DNA from: Myxococcota bacterium
GTDB lineage: Bacteria > Myxococcota_A > UBA9160 > UBA6930
DNA length: 64,000 nucleotides
Direction: 5' to 3'
Assembly (NCBI GenBank): GCA_965223705.1
Contig: OZ245015.1
Location: forward strand, 2,848,001-2,912,000
Both the position numbers and the translations under genes were made by a program. The notes under the pieces are model-generated. The model was not told the DNA's origin. It did no database searches and saw only the letters and a program-made list of their open reading frames with translations. Shown piece after piece: positions 38,792-47,108 of this stretch (positions within the stretch are counted from its first letter, which is position 1; each line of letters opens with the position of its first letter).

Positions 38792-39205
38792 GTGCCTCCG
38801 GTTGTCGATACGAAAGGCGACACCGGGGGAAGTGTGGACGAGCTTTCGGAAATTGCGAGCGAGGCACCACTCGCGGACCTCATGGATTTCGCATTCGAAA
38901 ACGGCGTGGACCGCATCCATTTCCGCACGGGTTCGCTTCCGCTTCTCGCGTGGCACGGCGTCGCTCGGCAGGTGAACACCCGACCATTGCGGGCCGAGGA
39001 CACCGAATCGATTGCGGGCGTTCTGCTCGACTGGGCACGCGTTCCGCCCAAGTTGTCCGCCGCGCGCGAGGAAGGTGCACGCGCGTTGTCTTTTCTCTGC
39101 GATCCCCCATGTGAAGGCGGACTGCTTCACGTAGCGGTGTGCCGCGAGGAATGCGGGCTCGCTCTGTCGATCGATGTCGTGCGGCCGCTACCCGAAGCCT
39201 ACTAA
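38792..39205 (+). CDS. Hypothetical protein resembling an isolated PilT N-terminal domain
   Basis: LADLMDFAFENGVDRIHFRTGSLP...LRAEDTESI resembles the PilT N-domain pattern; no Walker motifs. Confidence 0.5.
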   Translation: MPPVVDTKGDTGGSVDELSEIASEAPLADLMDFAFENGVDRIHFRTGSLPLLAWHGVARQVNTRPLRAEDTESIAGVLLDWARVPPKLSAAREEGARALSFLCDPPCEGGLLHVAVCREECGLALSIDVVRPLPEAY

Positions 39206-39900
39206 AGGCTGACTTCGAGCTCTGCTCGAAGGAACGCGAGCATTCTCGACCAGGCTCGCGCTGCGGCGGACGCGTCGTATACGTCGGGGCGCGACTCGTT
39301 CATGAAGGCGTGGGATACATCGGGATAGATCTCGACGGCGTGGTGAACGCCTGCGTCGCGCCATGTGCTTTCGAGTGTGCGCACGGCTTTCGGCGGCACG
39401 AACTCGTCATTCTCCGCGAAGATTCCGAGTACCCGCGTCTCGTTTTCGCGTAGCGCCGTCGCATCGACCGACACCGCCGGATGGATCCCGTAGAAATCCA
39501 CGACGGCGCGCACGCGCGGATCGAAGCTCGCCGCGTAGAGCGCCAGTTGCCCGCCCATGCAGAAGCCGACGGCCGCGACGCGAGAGCCGCGAACGGCGTG
39601 ATGGTTCTGGAGCGCCGTCGTCGCGGCTTGAAGATCTTCGCCGGCGCGTGGAATTTCGAGATCCATCATCAGCCGACTCGCCCGATCGGGATCATCGGTT
39701 CGCTCGCCGTGATAGAGGTCGGGTGCCAGCGCGACAAACCCTTCGCGCGCAAACCGGTCGCAGATATCGACCACGGAGTCGACGAGCCCCCACCATTCCG
39801 AGAGCACGACGACACCGTACCCGTCAGCACCGGCGGGCTCCGCCAGGTACCCCTGGGCGTCGCCGCGAGGCGTCGCGAACGCGAAGTTCCCAACGCTCAC
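39202..39900 (-). CDS. Dienelactone hydrolase family protein
   Basis: EWWGL, APDLY, GFCMGG, HAFMN. Confidence 0.92.
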   Translation of the reverse strand: MSVGNFAFATPRGDAQGYLAEPAGADGYGVVVLSEWWGLVDSVVDICDRFAREGFVALAPDLYHGERTDDPDRASRLMMDLEIPRAGEDLQAATTALQNHHAVRGSRVAAVGFCMGGQLALYAASFDPRVRAVVDFYGIHPAVSVDATALRENETRVLGIFAENDEFVPPKAVRTLESTWRDAGVHHAVEIYPDVSHAFMNESRPDVYDASAAARAWSRMLAFLRAELEVSL

Positions 39901-39939
39901 GGTTCGATTCCGCGAAAGGCTCGGACGATCACCATGCGA

Positions 39940-40809
39940 TCAGTCGAGCCCGCCGCCGCCCATGTCCGGATCCATCGGCGGCATCGGAGGCATGGGGGGC
40001 ATCGGCGGTGCGACGGGCGGCGGCATCAGTGCCGGCTGCTGCGATCCCATGCACCCCGATCCCGGATCATCGCAAGCGTCGCGCTGTAGCGACGCGATAT
40101 CGAGGGGGCCGGGGAAGGCCGGCATGGCAGCGCCAATGGCGGCGACGTCAGCCGGCGTGAAGTGCTCGGTGAGATCGGCGAGCGCGAAGTCCCCCGGATT
40201 CATCTGGCATCGATCCATGCCCGCGAGATCGATTCGCCGTGCGTGGGCAGGGGCGCGGTAGAGCCGCTCGCGCGCCTTTGCAACCACGCAGTCGCCCGGT
40301 TCGATGCCCATCGTCTCGCGATTTCGGGCGACGGAGAGGGGCTCGTCCCATTCGCAGACCATGGCGTAGAGACCCGCTTTTTCCGAGATGCGGTGCGCCT
40401 CGGTGTCGTTGCCGTCGACTTTTGCCAGTACGGTTCCCGCGCGCAGGAGGCTCGGCGCCCCCGATTCGGCCGAGTCGAGCACCCGGGCGCTGCCCTCCTC
40501 GAGGTCGAGGGAGAACGCCCCGTCGGCAGTCTGGCCGACCCGCGCCTTCGTGGTCGAAGCCAGCTGGGTGTACACGTCGTTCGAGAGAATGCCGATCTGG
40601 CTGCCGGCACCGGTCTTCACGGTTTCGCCCGCTGCCAGCGCGTCTCCGCACGACAGACTGCGGATGCTTCCATCGGTTCCGACGGCGCGCGCGTTACCGA
40701 CCAGGCCAGCGACGACGCCGGCGGGTTCGGCAGAGGCGGCTCCGGAGACCATGGCGCTCGCCAACAAGAGGATCAGAGACGAGCGAGTTCGGTTGAGGGG
40801 TCGTGACAT
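39940..40809 (-). CDS. Secreted FecR-like domain protein with Pro/Met-rich C-terminal tail
   Basis: Signal peptide; AGVVAGLVG...LAAGETVKTG...LDLEEGSAR pattern; AAGGAG RBS. Confidence 0.6.
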   Translation of the reverse strand: MSRPLNRTRSSLILLLASAMVSGAASAEPAGVVAGLVGNARAVGTDGSIRSLSCGDALAAGETVKTGAGSQIGILSNDVYTQLASTTKARVGQTADGAFSLDLEEGSARVLDSAESGAPSLLRAGTVLAKVDGNDTEAHRISEKAGLYAMVCEWDEPLSVARNRETMGIEPGDCVVAKARERLYRAPAHARRIDLAGMDRCQMNPGDFALADLTEHFTPADVAAIGAAMPAFPGPLDIASLQRDACDDPGSGCMGSQQPALMPPPVAPPMPPMPPMPPMDPDMGGGGLD

Positions 40810-40823
40810 GGGTGCTCCTTGAG

Positions 40824-42473
40824 TCAAAGCAGAAGTAGCGTGAGGTACAAGCCGATGATTTCGCGGTCGTAGTCAAACACCGCGGCGTTCGAATCGTTGT
40901 CGATCCACTGGTACCGAAGGGCCGCGCTCATGCGCTCGTTGAGATCGCGCTCGAGGCCGACGGAGAGATGAATCGTGCGATCGCGGCGGTTCGCGGAGCT
41001 GAGTCGGTATTGCGTCCCGTCTTCCAAGACGTCCGCCGGATCCGGGTACGACGTGGGATCGTCGAACGGTCGGTAGAGCAAGGAACCGGACGTGTCGAGA
41101 ATGACTTCCCAGGGCAGCTGCGTGCGGGCGCCGAGCCTTAGCTCGTGTCCCATGAAGGAGTACTCGTTCCCCTGGGCATCGAACAAGTGGTAGACGTAGC
41201 CGGCGTGGAAGCGCGTCGCGAGGGCCTCCACCGGCCACCAATGCTCGAGCGTCAACGCGAGTCCGTAGCCGTCGCGATTGCGCGACGACGGTTCGTTCAG
41301 GCCCAACGGACCGCAGAAAGTGAAGCCGCCGGGACAGACGCCGCCGATCACGCCGGGACCGTCCGGAATGTCGTCGCCGCGGGAGAACATGAAGTCGTTG
41401 CGGTAGAAGCGGGCCGAGAGACGCGTCACCGAACCTTGCGCCCATTGGTAGTGGAGCGCGGGCGTGAGTGCCTGCGTGTTCATGAACGGGTCGCCGTCGA
41501 GCCAGGCGTAACCAAAATCGCCCTGAAACTGGGCGGTGAGCTGTTCGCTCAGCCGGCGGTCGATCCAGAACGAGGCCACCGGGTAATGTGAGTTGAATTC
41601 GTTCAATTCGTCGTGCGCCGATCCGGAGTAGTTGAGCATGGCTCCGAAAGACCAGTCGCGGTTGCGCCAGAGTTCCTTCCCCAAGGAAGCCCCCCACACC
41701 AATCTCACGTCGTGTCGACCTGAGATCTCGTCGGGGAGCGTCACACCACGCCCGCGTAGCACCACGTTAGTGTCGTATTCCGCACCAAAAGTGACGGTTG
41801 CCCACGCATCGCCTGCCTGCCAACCGCTGATGCGTTGTAGCGCGCGTTCTGCCGCATCGGCCCAGGGACTGTTGGGCGACGTCTCACGGGCGCGTTCGAG
41901 TGCGTCCTCCGCGGCGTCCGCCTCTTCCGCGTTCGCCAGCGCAATCCCTTCGTAGTAGGAGGCGACGGGCTCGACGGCATCGGGGTTGGCTTGCCGAGCG
42001 CGCTCCAAAGCGGCGGCGGCCTCGCGATTCTCGACGCCCTCCTGCAACAGGGTCAGGCCCCGGTAGAGCTCGAGGGCAGCCGTGTCCTGCGTGCGACCTT
42101 CGGCCGCTGCGAAAGAGATGCGGGCTTTGTCAAAATCGTCGAGGTGGAACTGCGCGATGCCGACGGCGAGATCGATATCCGGCAAGTCGGGGTCGAGGCG
42201 GCGGGCGGTGCGCAACGCCTCTTCTGCGGCGACGTAGTCGCGTTGACTGAGGAGGCAGCGACCGAGCAGAAACGGAGCGCGCGGGTCGCTGGGCTCCGCG
42301 TCGGCGGCCTCCCGGAGGACCGGTATCGCTTCGCCACAGTTGCCGGCTGCAACCAGGCGCTCGCCGCGGAGCCTGATCACCGCCCCTTCGTCGGCGGCAA
42401 AGGACGGGATCGCCGTGCAGGCGAAAAGCAACACGGGTGCACTGACGCGCAGGCGCCAGCTTCGGCTCCACAT
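40824..42473 (-). CDS. TPR-repeat protein with C-terminal outer-membrane beta-barrel (Slam/DUF560-like)
   Basis: Signal peptide, several TPR helices, GAEYDTNV barrel start, alternating aromatic strands, NDSN..VFDYDR C-terminus. Confidence 0.7.
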   Translation of the reverse strand: MWSRSWRLRVSAPVLLFACTAIPSFAADEGAVIRLRGERLVAAGNCGEAIPVLREAADAEPSDPRAPFLLGRCLLSQRDYVAAEEALRTARRLDPDLPDIDLAVGIAQFHLDDFDKARISFAAAEGRTQDTAALELYRGLTLLQEGVENREAAAALERARQANPDAVEPVASYYEGIALANAEEADAAEDALERARETSPNSPWADAAERALQRISGWQAGDAWATVTFGAEYDTNVVLRGRGVTLPDEISGRHDVRLVWGASLGKELWRNRDWSFGAMLNYSGSAHDELNEFNSHYPVASFWIDRRLSEQLTAQFQGDFGYAWLDGDPFMNTQALTPALHYQWAQGSVTRLSARFYRNDFMFSRGDDIPDGPGVIGGVCPGGFTFCGPLGLNEPSSRNRDGYGLALTLEHWWPVEALATRFHAGYVYHLFDAQGNEYSFMGHELRLGARTQLPWEVILDTSGSLLYRPFDDPTSYPDPADVLEDGTQYRLSSANRRDRTIHLSVGLERDLNERMSAALRYQWIDNDSNAAVFDYDREIIGLYLTLLLL

Positions 42474-42601
42474 TCCCAAGACCCCCCCAGTCCGTCACCC
42501 CGAGAATGATGGTTCGGAGCGACGGAATCCAGCGGAGGATCCCGAATTCACGCGGTGTTGACAAAGCGAAACCCCCTAGGGGAAGGGAGTTTGGGTGGGA
42601 T

Positions 42602-43129
42602 TCAGCGAATCCGGACGACCATGGGGCGCAGCATGCGGCGACGCCGCTCGCCCTTCGCGGACCCGCGCGCGGGCGCGATCGCGCCACGGGCTTCGAGCCA
42701 CTCGAGGAGGGCGAGCATTCCGGGGTCTCCGGCTCGAACACAACCCAATGTAATGGGTTTTCCCAGCACCAATTCCGCTCCGCCGCCGTGGATGGCGAGA
42801 GAGCCGTCATCGCTGAACGGCAGCTTTGCGACCCCCATCGGCGTTTCTTCGCCGGGCTCCATGAAGACTGCGCCGCCGAGACGAGCCTTCGGGCCAGGCG
42901 TCCACGACGGGTTCTCGACGACGCGGCGGACGGCGTACTCGCCGCTTGGGGTCGGGTTGGCCGGGGAGCCCACGGAGACGGTCAGCGCCGGCCCCGGCAG
43001 ACCGTGAAGTCGATCCACCGCGTGGAGCTCGAAACGGGCGCGCGACACGTCGAGGACGATCCCCGGGTCCCCCCGAACAGCGCCCAACGCGGGAATTACG
43101 CTGACGGCGACCAGTAGGATGGGAACCAT
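42602..43129 (-). CDS. L,D-transpeptidase (YkuD family)
   Basis: VSVGS...PTPSG, NPSW.P, LAIHGG...LGKPITLGCVR (catalytic His/Cys); start uncertain. Confidence 0.85.
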   Translation of the reverse strand: MVPILLVAVSVIPALGAVRGDPGIVLDVSRARFELHAVDRLHGLPGPALTVSVGSPANPTPSGEYAVRRVVENPSWTPGPKARLGGAVFMEPGEETPMGVAKLPFSDDGSLAIHGGGAELVLGKPITLGCVRAGDPGMLALLEWLEARGAIAPARGSAKGERRRRMLRPMVVRIR

Positions 43130-44336
43130 GCCGTTCAAACCGAGCGAGCTCCGCCGCGTCTTCCCCGAGCCGGTCCGCGAGCTGGCGCGCGCGCTCGTCG
43201 CCGCCGGAGGCGCGGCCTTCGCGGTGGGCGGGTGCGTCCGCGACTTCCTGCGCGGGCTTCCACCCGCCGATTTCGATATCGCCACGAGCCTCGCGCCAAA
43301 CGTTGTCGTGACCCTCTTCAAGCGAGCTATCCCCACAGGCTTGTCCCACGGCACCGTCATGGTGCCTACATCGGCCGGCCCGGTCGACATCACAACATAT
43401 CGGCGGGGTGCCGCGCTCGTTGACGACCTGCGTCACCGAGACTTTACGTGCAACGCGATTGCCCTGGATCTTCTCGCCGGCGCGATCCACGACCCGCTCG
43501 AAGGCCGCCGCGACCTCGTTGCCGGTGTGTTGCGCACGCCCGCCTCGCCGCGGGCGACCCTCGCCGCCGATCCGCTCCGGGTCCTGCGCGCGGGCCGCTT
43601 CGTCTCGACCCTGGGCTTCCGCATCGAACCGACCCTCCGGGCTGCGCTCCCGGAGTTCGCCGACGCGCTCGAGGAAATCTCGCCGGAACGGGTCGCGAGC
43701 GAGCTCAAGAAACTCCTCGCCGGCCGGTTCGCTGTGGCCGGACTCCGACTCCTGCGAGACTGCGGCGCGGAAGCGACGCTCCTGCGAACCCCACCGGGAG
43801 CGGGCTCTCCCCTCGGCCCGATCGCGTTCACCGACGATCCGGTACTCAGGCTCGCGCTCTGGCTTCCCCAAAGAGATCCCGGAGGCTGGCTCGGTCGCTT
43901 TCGCTTCTCGCGCGAAGAGACCCGCCGCATCGTCTCCCTGGCCGGAAGCGAAGGGTTGTCCGCGGGAGCGACAGACGCAGCAAGCGTGCGCCACGCCGTA
44001 GCCCGCCTGGGTCGCGATCGCGTAAACGACGCGTTGGACCTCGTCGAAGCGCGCTCCCTGGCGTGTCTTCCCGACCGGGAGACCGCGCGAACCCGTCGGG
44101 GCCTTGTGCGCAATCTCCGAACCGAGCTCGCTCGCATCGATGAAACCGGGGTCGCGACCACGGTTGCGGACCTCGCCGTCGACGGAAAGTGGGTCATGGA
44201 ACGGCTCGACTGTGACGCGGGTCCCGCAGTGGGAGCAGCGCTTCGCTACTTGCGCGACGAGGTTGTCCGAGACCCGAGCTGCAATCGCCCCGACCGTCTC
44301 GGGGCCCTCCTCGATCGCTTCGAACCTCGGGATTGA
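43128..44336 (+). CDS. Class II tRNA nucleotidyltransferase (probably CC-adding)
   Basis: VGGCVRD...DFDIAT, DL.HRDFTCNAIA, DPLRVLRAGRF, ISPERVASEL, LAVDG. Confidence 0.85.
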   Translation: MPFKPSELRRVFPEPVRELARALVAAGGAAFAVGGCVRDFLRGLPPADFDIATSLAPNVVVTLFKRAIPTGLSHGTVMVPTSAGPVDITTYRRGAALVDDLRHRDFTCNAIALDLLAGAIHDPLEGRRDLVAGVLRTPASPRATLAADPLRVLRAGRFVSTLGFRIEPTLRAALPEFADALEEISPERVASELKKLLAGRFAVAGLRLLRDCGAEATLLRTPPGAGSPLGPIAFTDDPVLRLALWLPQRDPGGWLGRFRFSREETRRIVSLAGSEGLSAGATDAASVRHAVARLGRDRVNDALDLVEARSLACLPDRETARTRRGLVRNLRTELARIDETGVATTVADLAVDGKWVMERLDCDAGPAVGAALRYLRDEVVRDPSCNRPDRLGALLDRFEPRD

Positions 44337-44367
44337 CATCCGCTTTTAGCGCCGCTTCCCTCCGTCT

Positions 44368-44793
44368 GTGCGTTTCCCCTTTTCGACCCTTCTCGTCCTC
44401 ATCGCCCTCGTCGGTGTCGTCGGTTTCGCCGCCTACGCGCAGGAAGAAGAGGTGCCGGCCGAACCGAGGGCCGAGTTCCCGGCGCGAATCGACCGCAGCG
44501 CCGCGGTTGCCGAAATCGAGCTCCGCTGGAGCGGCCCGGTCGAGGGAACCCCAACACAGATCATCGTCGAAAGGCTCGATCGCGAGCGCGAGCGCTTTAT
44601 CCCGGTAGCGACGCTCGACCCGGGCGATCGTCGCTACGTCGACCGAGGGCTCAACGCCGGCGAGACCTATTGCTACCGGGTGCGCACGCTCGGCTCCGAC
44701 GGAACGCTGCTCTACACGGCACGCACCTGTGAGGCCGCGCGCAAGGTCCCGGGTACCGTGGATGTGCCCGCCGCCGCGAGTCCGACGCCTTAG
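44368..44793 (+). CDS. Secreted fibronectin type III-like protein
   Basis: Signal peptide; LRW...IIVER...YVDRGLNAGETYCYRVRT. Confidence 0.7.
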   Translation: MRFPFSTLLVLIALVGVVGFAAYAQEEEVPAEPRAEFPARIDRSAAVAEIELRWSGPVEGTPTQIIVERLDRERERFIPVATLDPGDRRYVDRGLNAGETYCYRVRTLGSDGTLLYTARTCEAARKVPGTVDVPAAASPTP

Positions 44794-44861
44794 GCTCGCG
44801 CTCCGAGCCATGTGCGTCACACCCGCTCGGTCTCGCTGAGCCCGAGCGGGTGCGCGGCCGA

Positions 44862-45506
44862 CTAGTGGTCGAGCACCCCGGCCTCGAACGCAAATCGTAC
44901 GAGCTTGGAGGTCTTGTGGATCCCGAGCTTGCTCATCAAGCGGGATCGGTGCGTTTCGATGGTCTTGGCGGAGACACCGAGGTTGCCGGCGATCTCTCGC
45001 GACGAGTAGCCCTCCGCCACCAAACGAAGGACTTCGCGCTCACGACGCGTGAGTCCCGACAACGCGTTCTCACTCTCGTCTTCTTCGAGAATCGCGTTCA
45101 CCAAGTGATCGCTGATGTTCGGCGAGAGATAGGATTTTCCGGAAGCGATCAGTCGCGCGGCGCCCAGGATTTCGTCGTTCGAACCGGACTTCAGCAAATA
45201 GCCGACCGCGCCGGCGCGCAGTGCCCGCCGAACCGCTCGCGCTTCGTCACGGCCTGAAAAGACGAGCACGGAACACTGGGGCACGTCGGCCCGAAGTTCT
45301 TCAATCGCCGAGAGCGAGCTGTCTCGCGCCAACGTGGCGTCGACGACGATCAGATCGGGCTTGCTTTCGCGCGCGACGCGGAGAAGCGCACTCGGGTTGT
45401 CGACTTCCGACTCCACCGAAAATTCCCCGCTCTGTTCTAGGATCGAGCGAACACCGGTACGAAGCGCCGGACAATCGTCTGCTAGCAGTACCTTCTTCAC
45501 AACCAT
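44862..45506 (-). CDS. NarL/FixJ (LuxR-type) response regulator
   Basis: VLLADD, PDLIVVD, GYLLK, LTRREREVL, SAKTIETHRSRLMSKL. Confidence 0.93.
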   Translation of the reverse strand: MVVKKVLLADDCPALRTGVRSILEQSGEFSVESEVDNPSALLRVARESKPDLIVVDATLARDSSLSAIEELRADVPQCSVLVFSGRDEARAVRRALRAGAVGYLLKSGSNDEILGAARLIASGKSYLSPNISDHLVNAILEEDESENALSGLTRREREVLRLVAEGYSSREIAGNLGVSAKTIETHRSRLMSKLGIHKTSKLVRFAFEAGVLDH

Positions 45507-45538
45507 TCCCCCCTTTGGTTGACTTTCGTGTACAAGTC

Positions 45539-45554
45539 AGCAATTACCGTGCCG
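45539..45554 (-). promoter_or_regulatory. Sigma-54 (-24/-12) promoter for the NarL-type regulator
   Basis: Minus strand CGGCACG-GTAA-TTGCT, near-perfect match to TGGCACG-N4-TTGCW, 33 bp upstream of ATG 45506. Confidence 0.75.
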
Positions 45555-45624
45555 GCGGAAACAGACAATGCTGCGCGAAAAACCGGGGTAACCTTGGGGT
45601 CCCCGCACAGCGTTTCCGATGCGG

Positions 45625-45666
45625 AGTCGGCCGTATTGTCAATCGCGTATGACAAAATGTCCGACT
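45625..45666. promoter_or_regulatory. Inverted repeat, probable enhancer (UAS) for a sigma-54 activator
   Basis: TTGTCA-N8-TGACAA (45636-45655) flanked by AGTCGG...CCGACT, ~80-110 bp upstream of the -24 element. Confidence 0.55.
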
Positions 45667-45677
45667 GGAGTCGTGGC

Positions 45678-47108
45678 ATGCCCGACAAGAACACCTGCCT
45701 TCTCATCGAAGACAACGAGCAACTACGCAACATGCTCTGCGAAGTTCTATCGGGGCAGGGATACAGCGTTTCACCTCACGAGAGCGCCGAAGAGGGAATC
45801 GCCCACGCGGAACGTGAGGGTTTCGATGTGGTCGTCTGCGACATTTCCCTACCCGGAATGAGTGGAATCGATGCCATCGGACCGCTGCGCGACGCCCTAC
45901 CCGACACTCCTGTCATCCTCGTGACGGGATTCCCGAGCATCGAGACCGCGGTGCGCGGCATCCGTGCCGGTGCGTTCGACTACGTTACGAAACCGTTCAA
46001 CTGGGCGGAGCTGTTTCTCGTCATCGAACGCGCGTTGGAACATCGCGCGTTGCAGATCGAGAACCGGACACTGCGGGGACGGCTCGGAGACGGCGAATCG
46101 TTCGCGGGAATCATCGGCCGGAGCCCGGTCATGCGGGACGTGTTTCGTCGCATCGAGCGCCTCGCGAAGAGCCGGAGTTCGGTGCTCGTCACCGGTGAAA
46201 GCGGAACGGGCAAGGAAGTCGTAGCCCGAGCGATCCACCAGACCGGCCCGACGGGCGGACACCCCTTCATCGACGTGAACTGCAGCGCGATTCCGAGGGA
46301 TCTGCTCGAGACGGAGCTCTTCGGCCACGTGCGCGGCGCATTCACCGGCGCCAACCGAGACAAGCCGGGACTGTTCGAAGCCGCCGGTCGGGGAACGCTG
46401 TTTCTCGATGAGATCGGCGAGATGCCCGTGGGATTGCAAGCCAAGCTTCTCCGAGTCCTCCAGAACCGAGAAGTCCGGCGCGTTGGAGGTACGGAGCAGG
46501 CGCCGGTGGGGGCGCGCGTCATCGCCGCTTCGAACCAAGACCTTCGCGCCGCGATCGATCGAGGAACCTTCCGACGCGATCTCTTCTATCGCCTCAATGT
46601 CATTCCGATCCATCTCCCATCGCTTTCCGAACGGCCCGAAGACATCGCGCCCCTCGCTCAGCACTTCGTCGACAAATTGTCGCCGGACAAGAAGCGCGGG
46701 CTTTCTCAGGGAGCTCTGTCGCTGCTGTCTCGCCGGTCCTGGGAGGGCAACGCACGCGAACTCGAGAACGTGATCGAGCGAGCGCTCGTCTTGTCCGACC
46801 AGGCCGTCATTCAAGCGGAGGACTTGCCGCTCGAGGACGAGCAATCGACCGCGACCCCGGACGACGATGCTTGGGAAACGCTCCTCCAGCGGGCGTCGGA
46901 ACGCGGGCTGACGGTTCGCGAACTATCCGATCGCTATATCGCGCACGTACTGCGTGCCCACGATGGCAACAAGACCCGCGCGGCGAGTCGCTTGGGAGTC
47001 GCGGTGCGAACGCTGTACCGAAAGAACGTCGCCGCGCAGGAGGGGCCCTCTACGCCGGGGGATCCGAGCGATCCTTCGCAGAGCGCTTGGGGACATAGAG
47101 ATCCGTGA
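45678..47108 (+). CDS. Sigma-54-dependent response regulator (NtrC/AtoC family)
   Basis: REC domain (IEDN, CDISLPG, KP), GESGTGKE, GAFTGA, C-terminal HTH; ATG after GGAG. Confidence 0.93.
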   Translation: MPDKNTCLLIEDNEQLRNMLCEVLSGQGYSVSPHESAEEGIAHAEREGFDVVVCDISLPGMSGIDAIGPLRDALPDTPVILVTGFPSIETAVRGIRAGAFDYVTKPFNWAELFLVIERALEHRALQIENRTLRGRLGDGESFAGIIGRSPVMRDVFRRIERLAKSRSSVLVTGESGTGKEVVARAIHQTGPTGGHPFIDVNCSAIPRDLLETELFGHVRGAFTGANRDKPGLFEAAGRGTLFLDEIGEMPVGLQAKLLRVLQNREVRRVGGTEQAPVGARVIAASNQDLRAAIDRGTFRRDLFYRLNVIPIHLPSLSERPEDIAPLAQHFVDKLSPDKKRGLSQGALSLLSRRSWEGNARELENVIERALVLSDQAVIQAEDLPLEDEQSTATPDDDAWETLLQRASERGLTVRELSDRYIAHVLRAHDGNKTRAASRLGVAVRTLYRKNVAAQEGPSTPGDPSDPSQSAWGHRDP

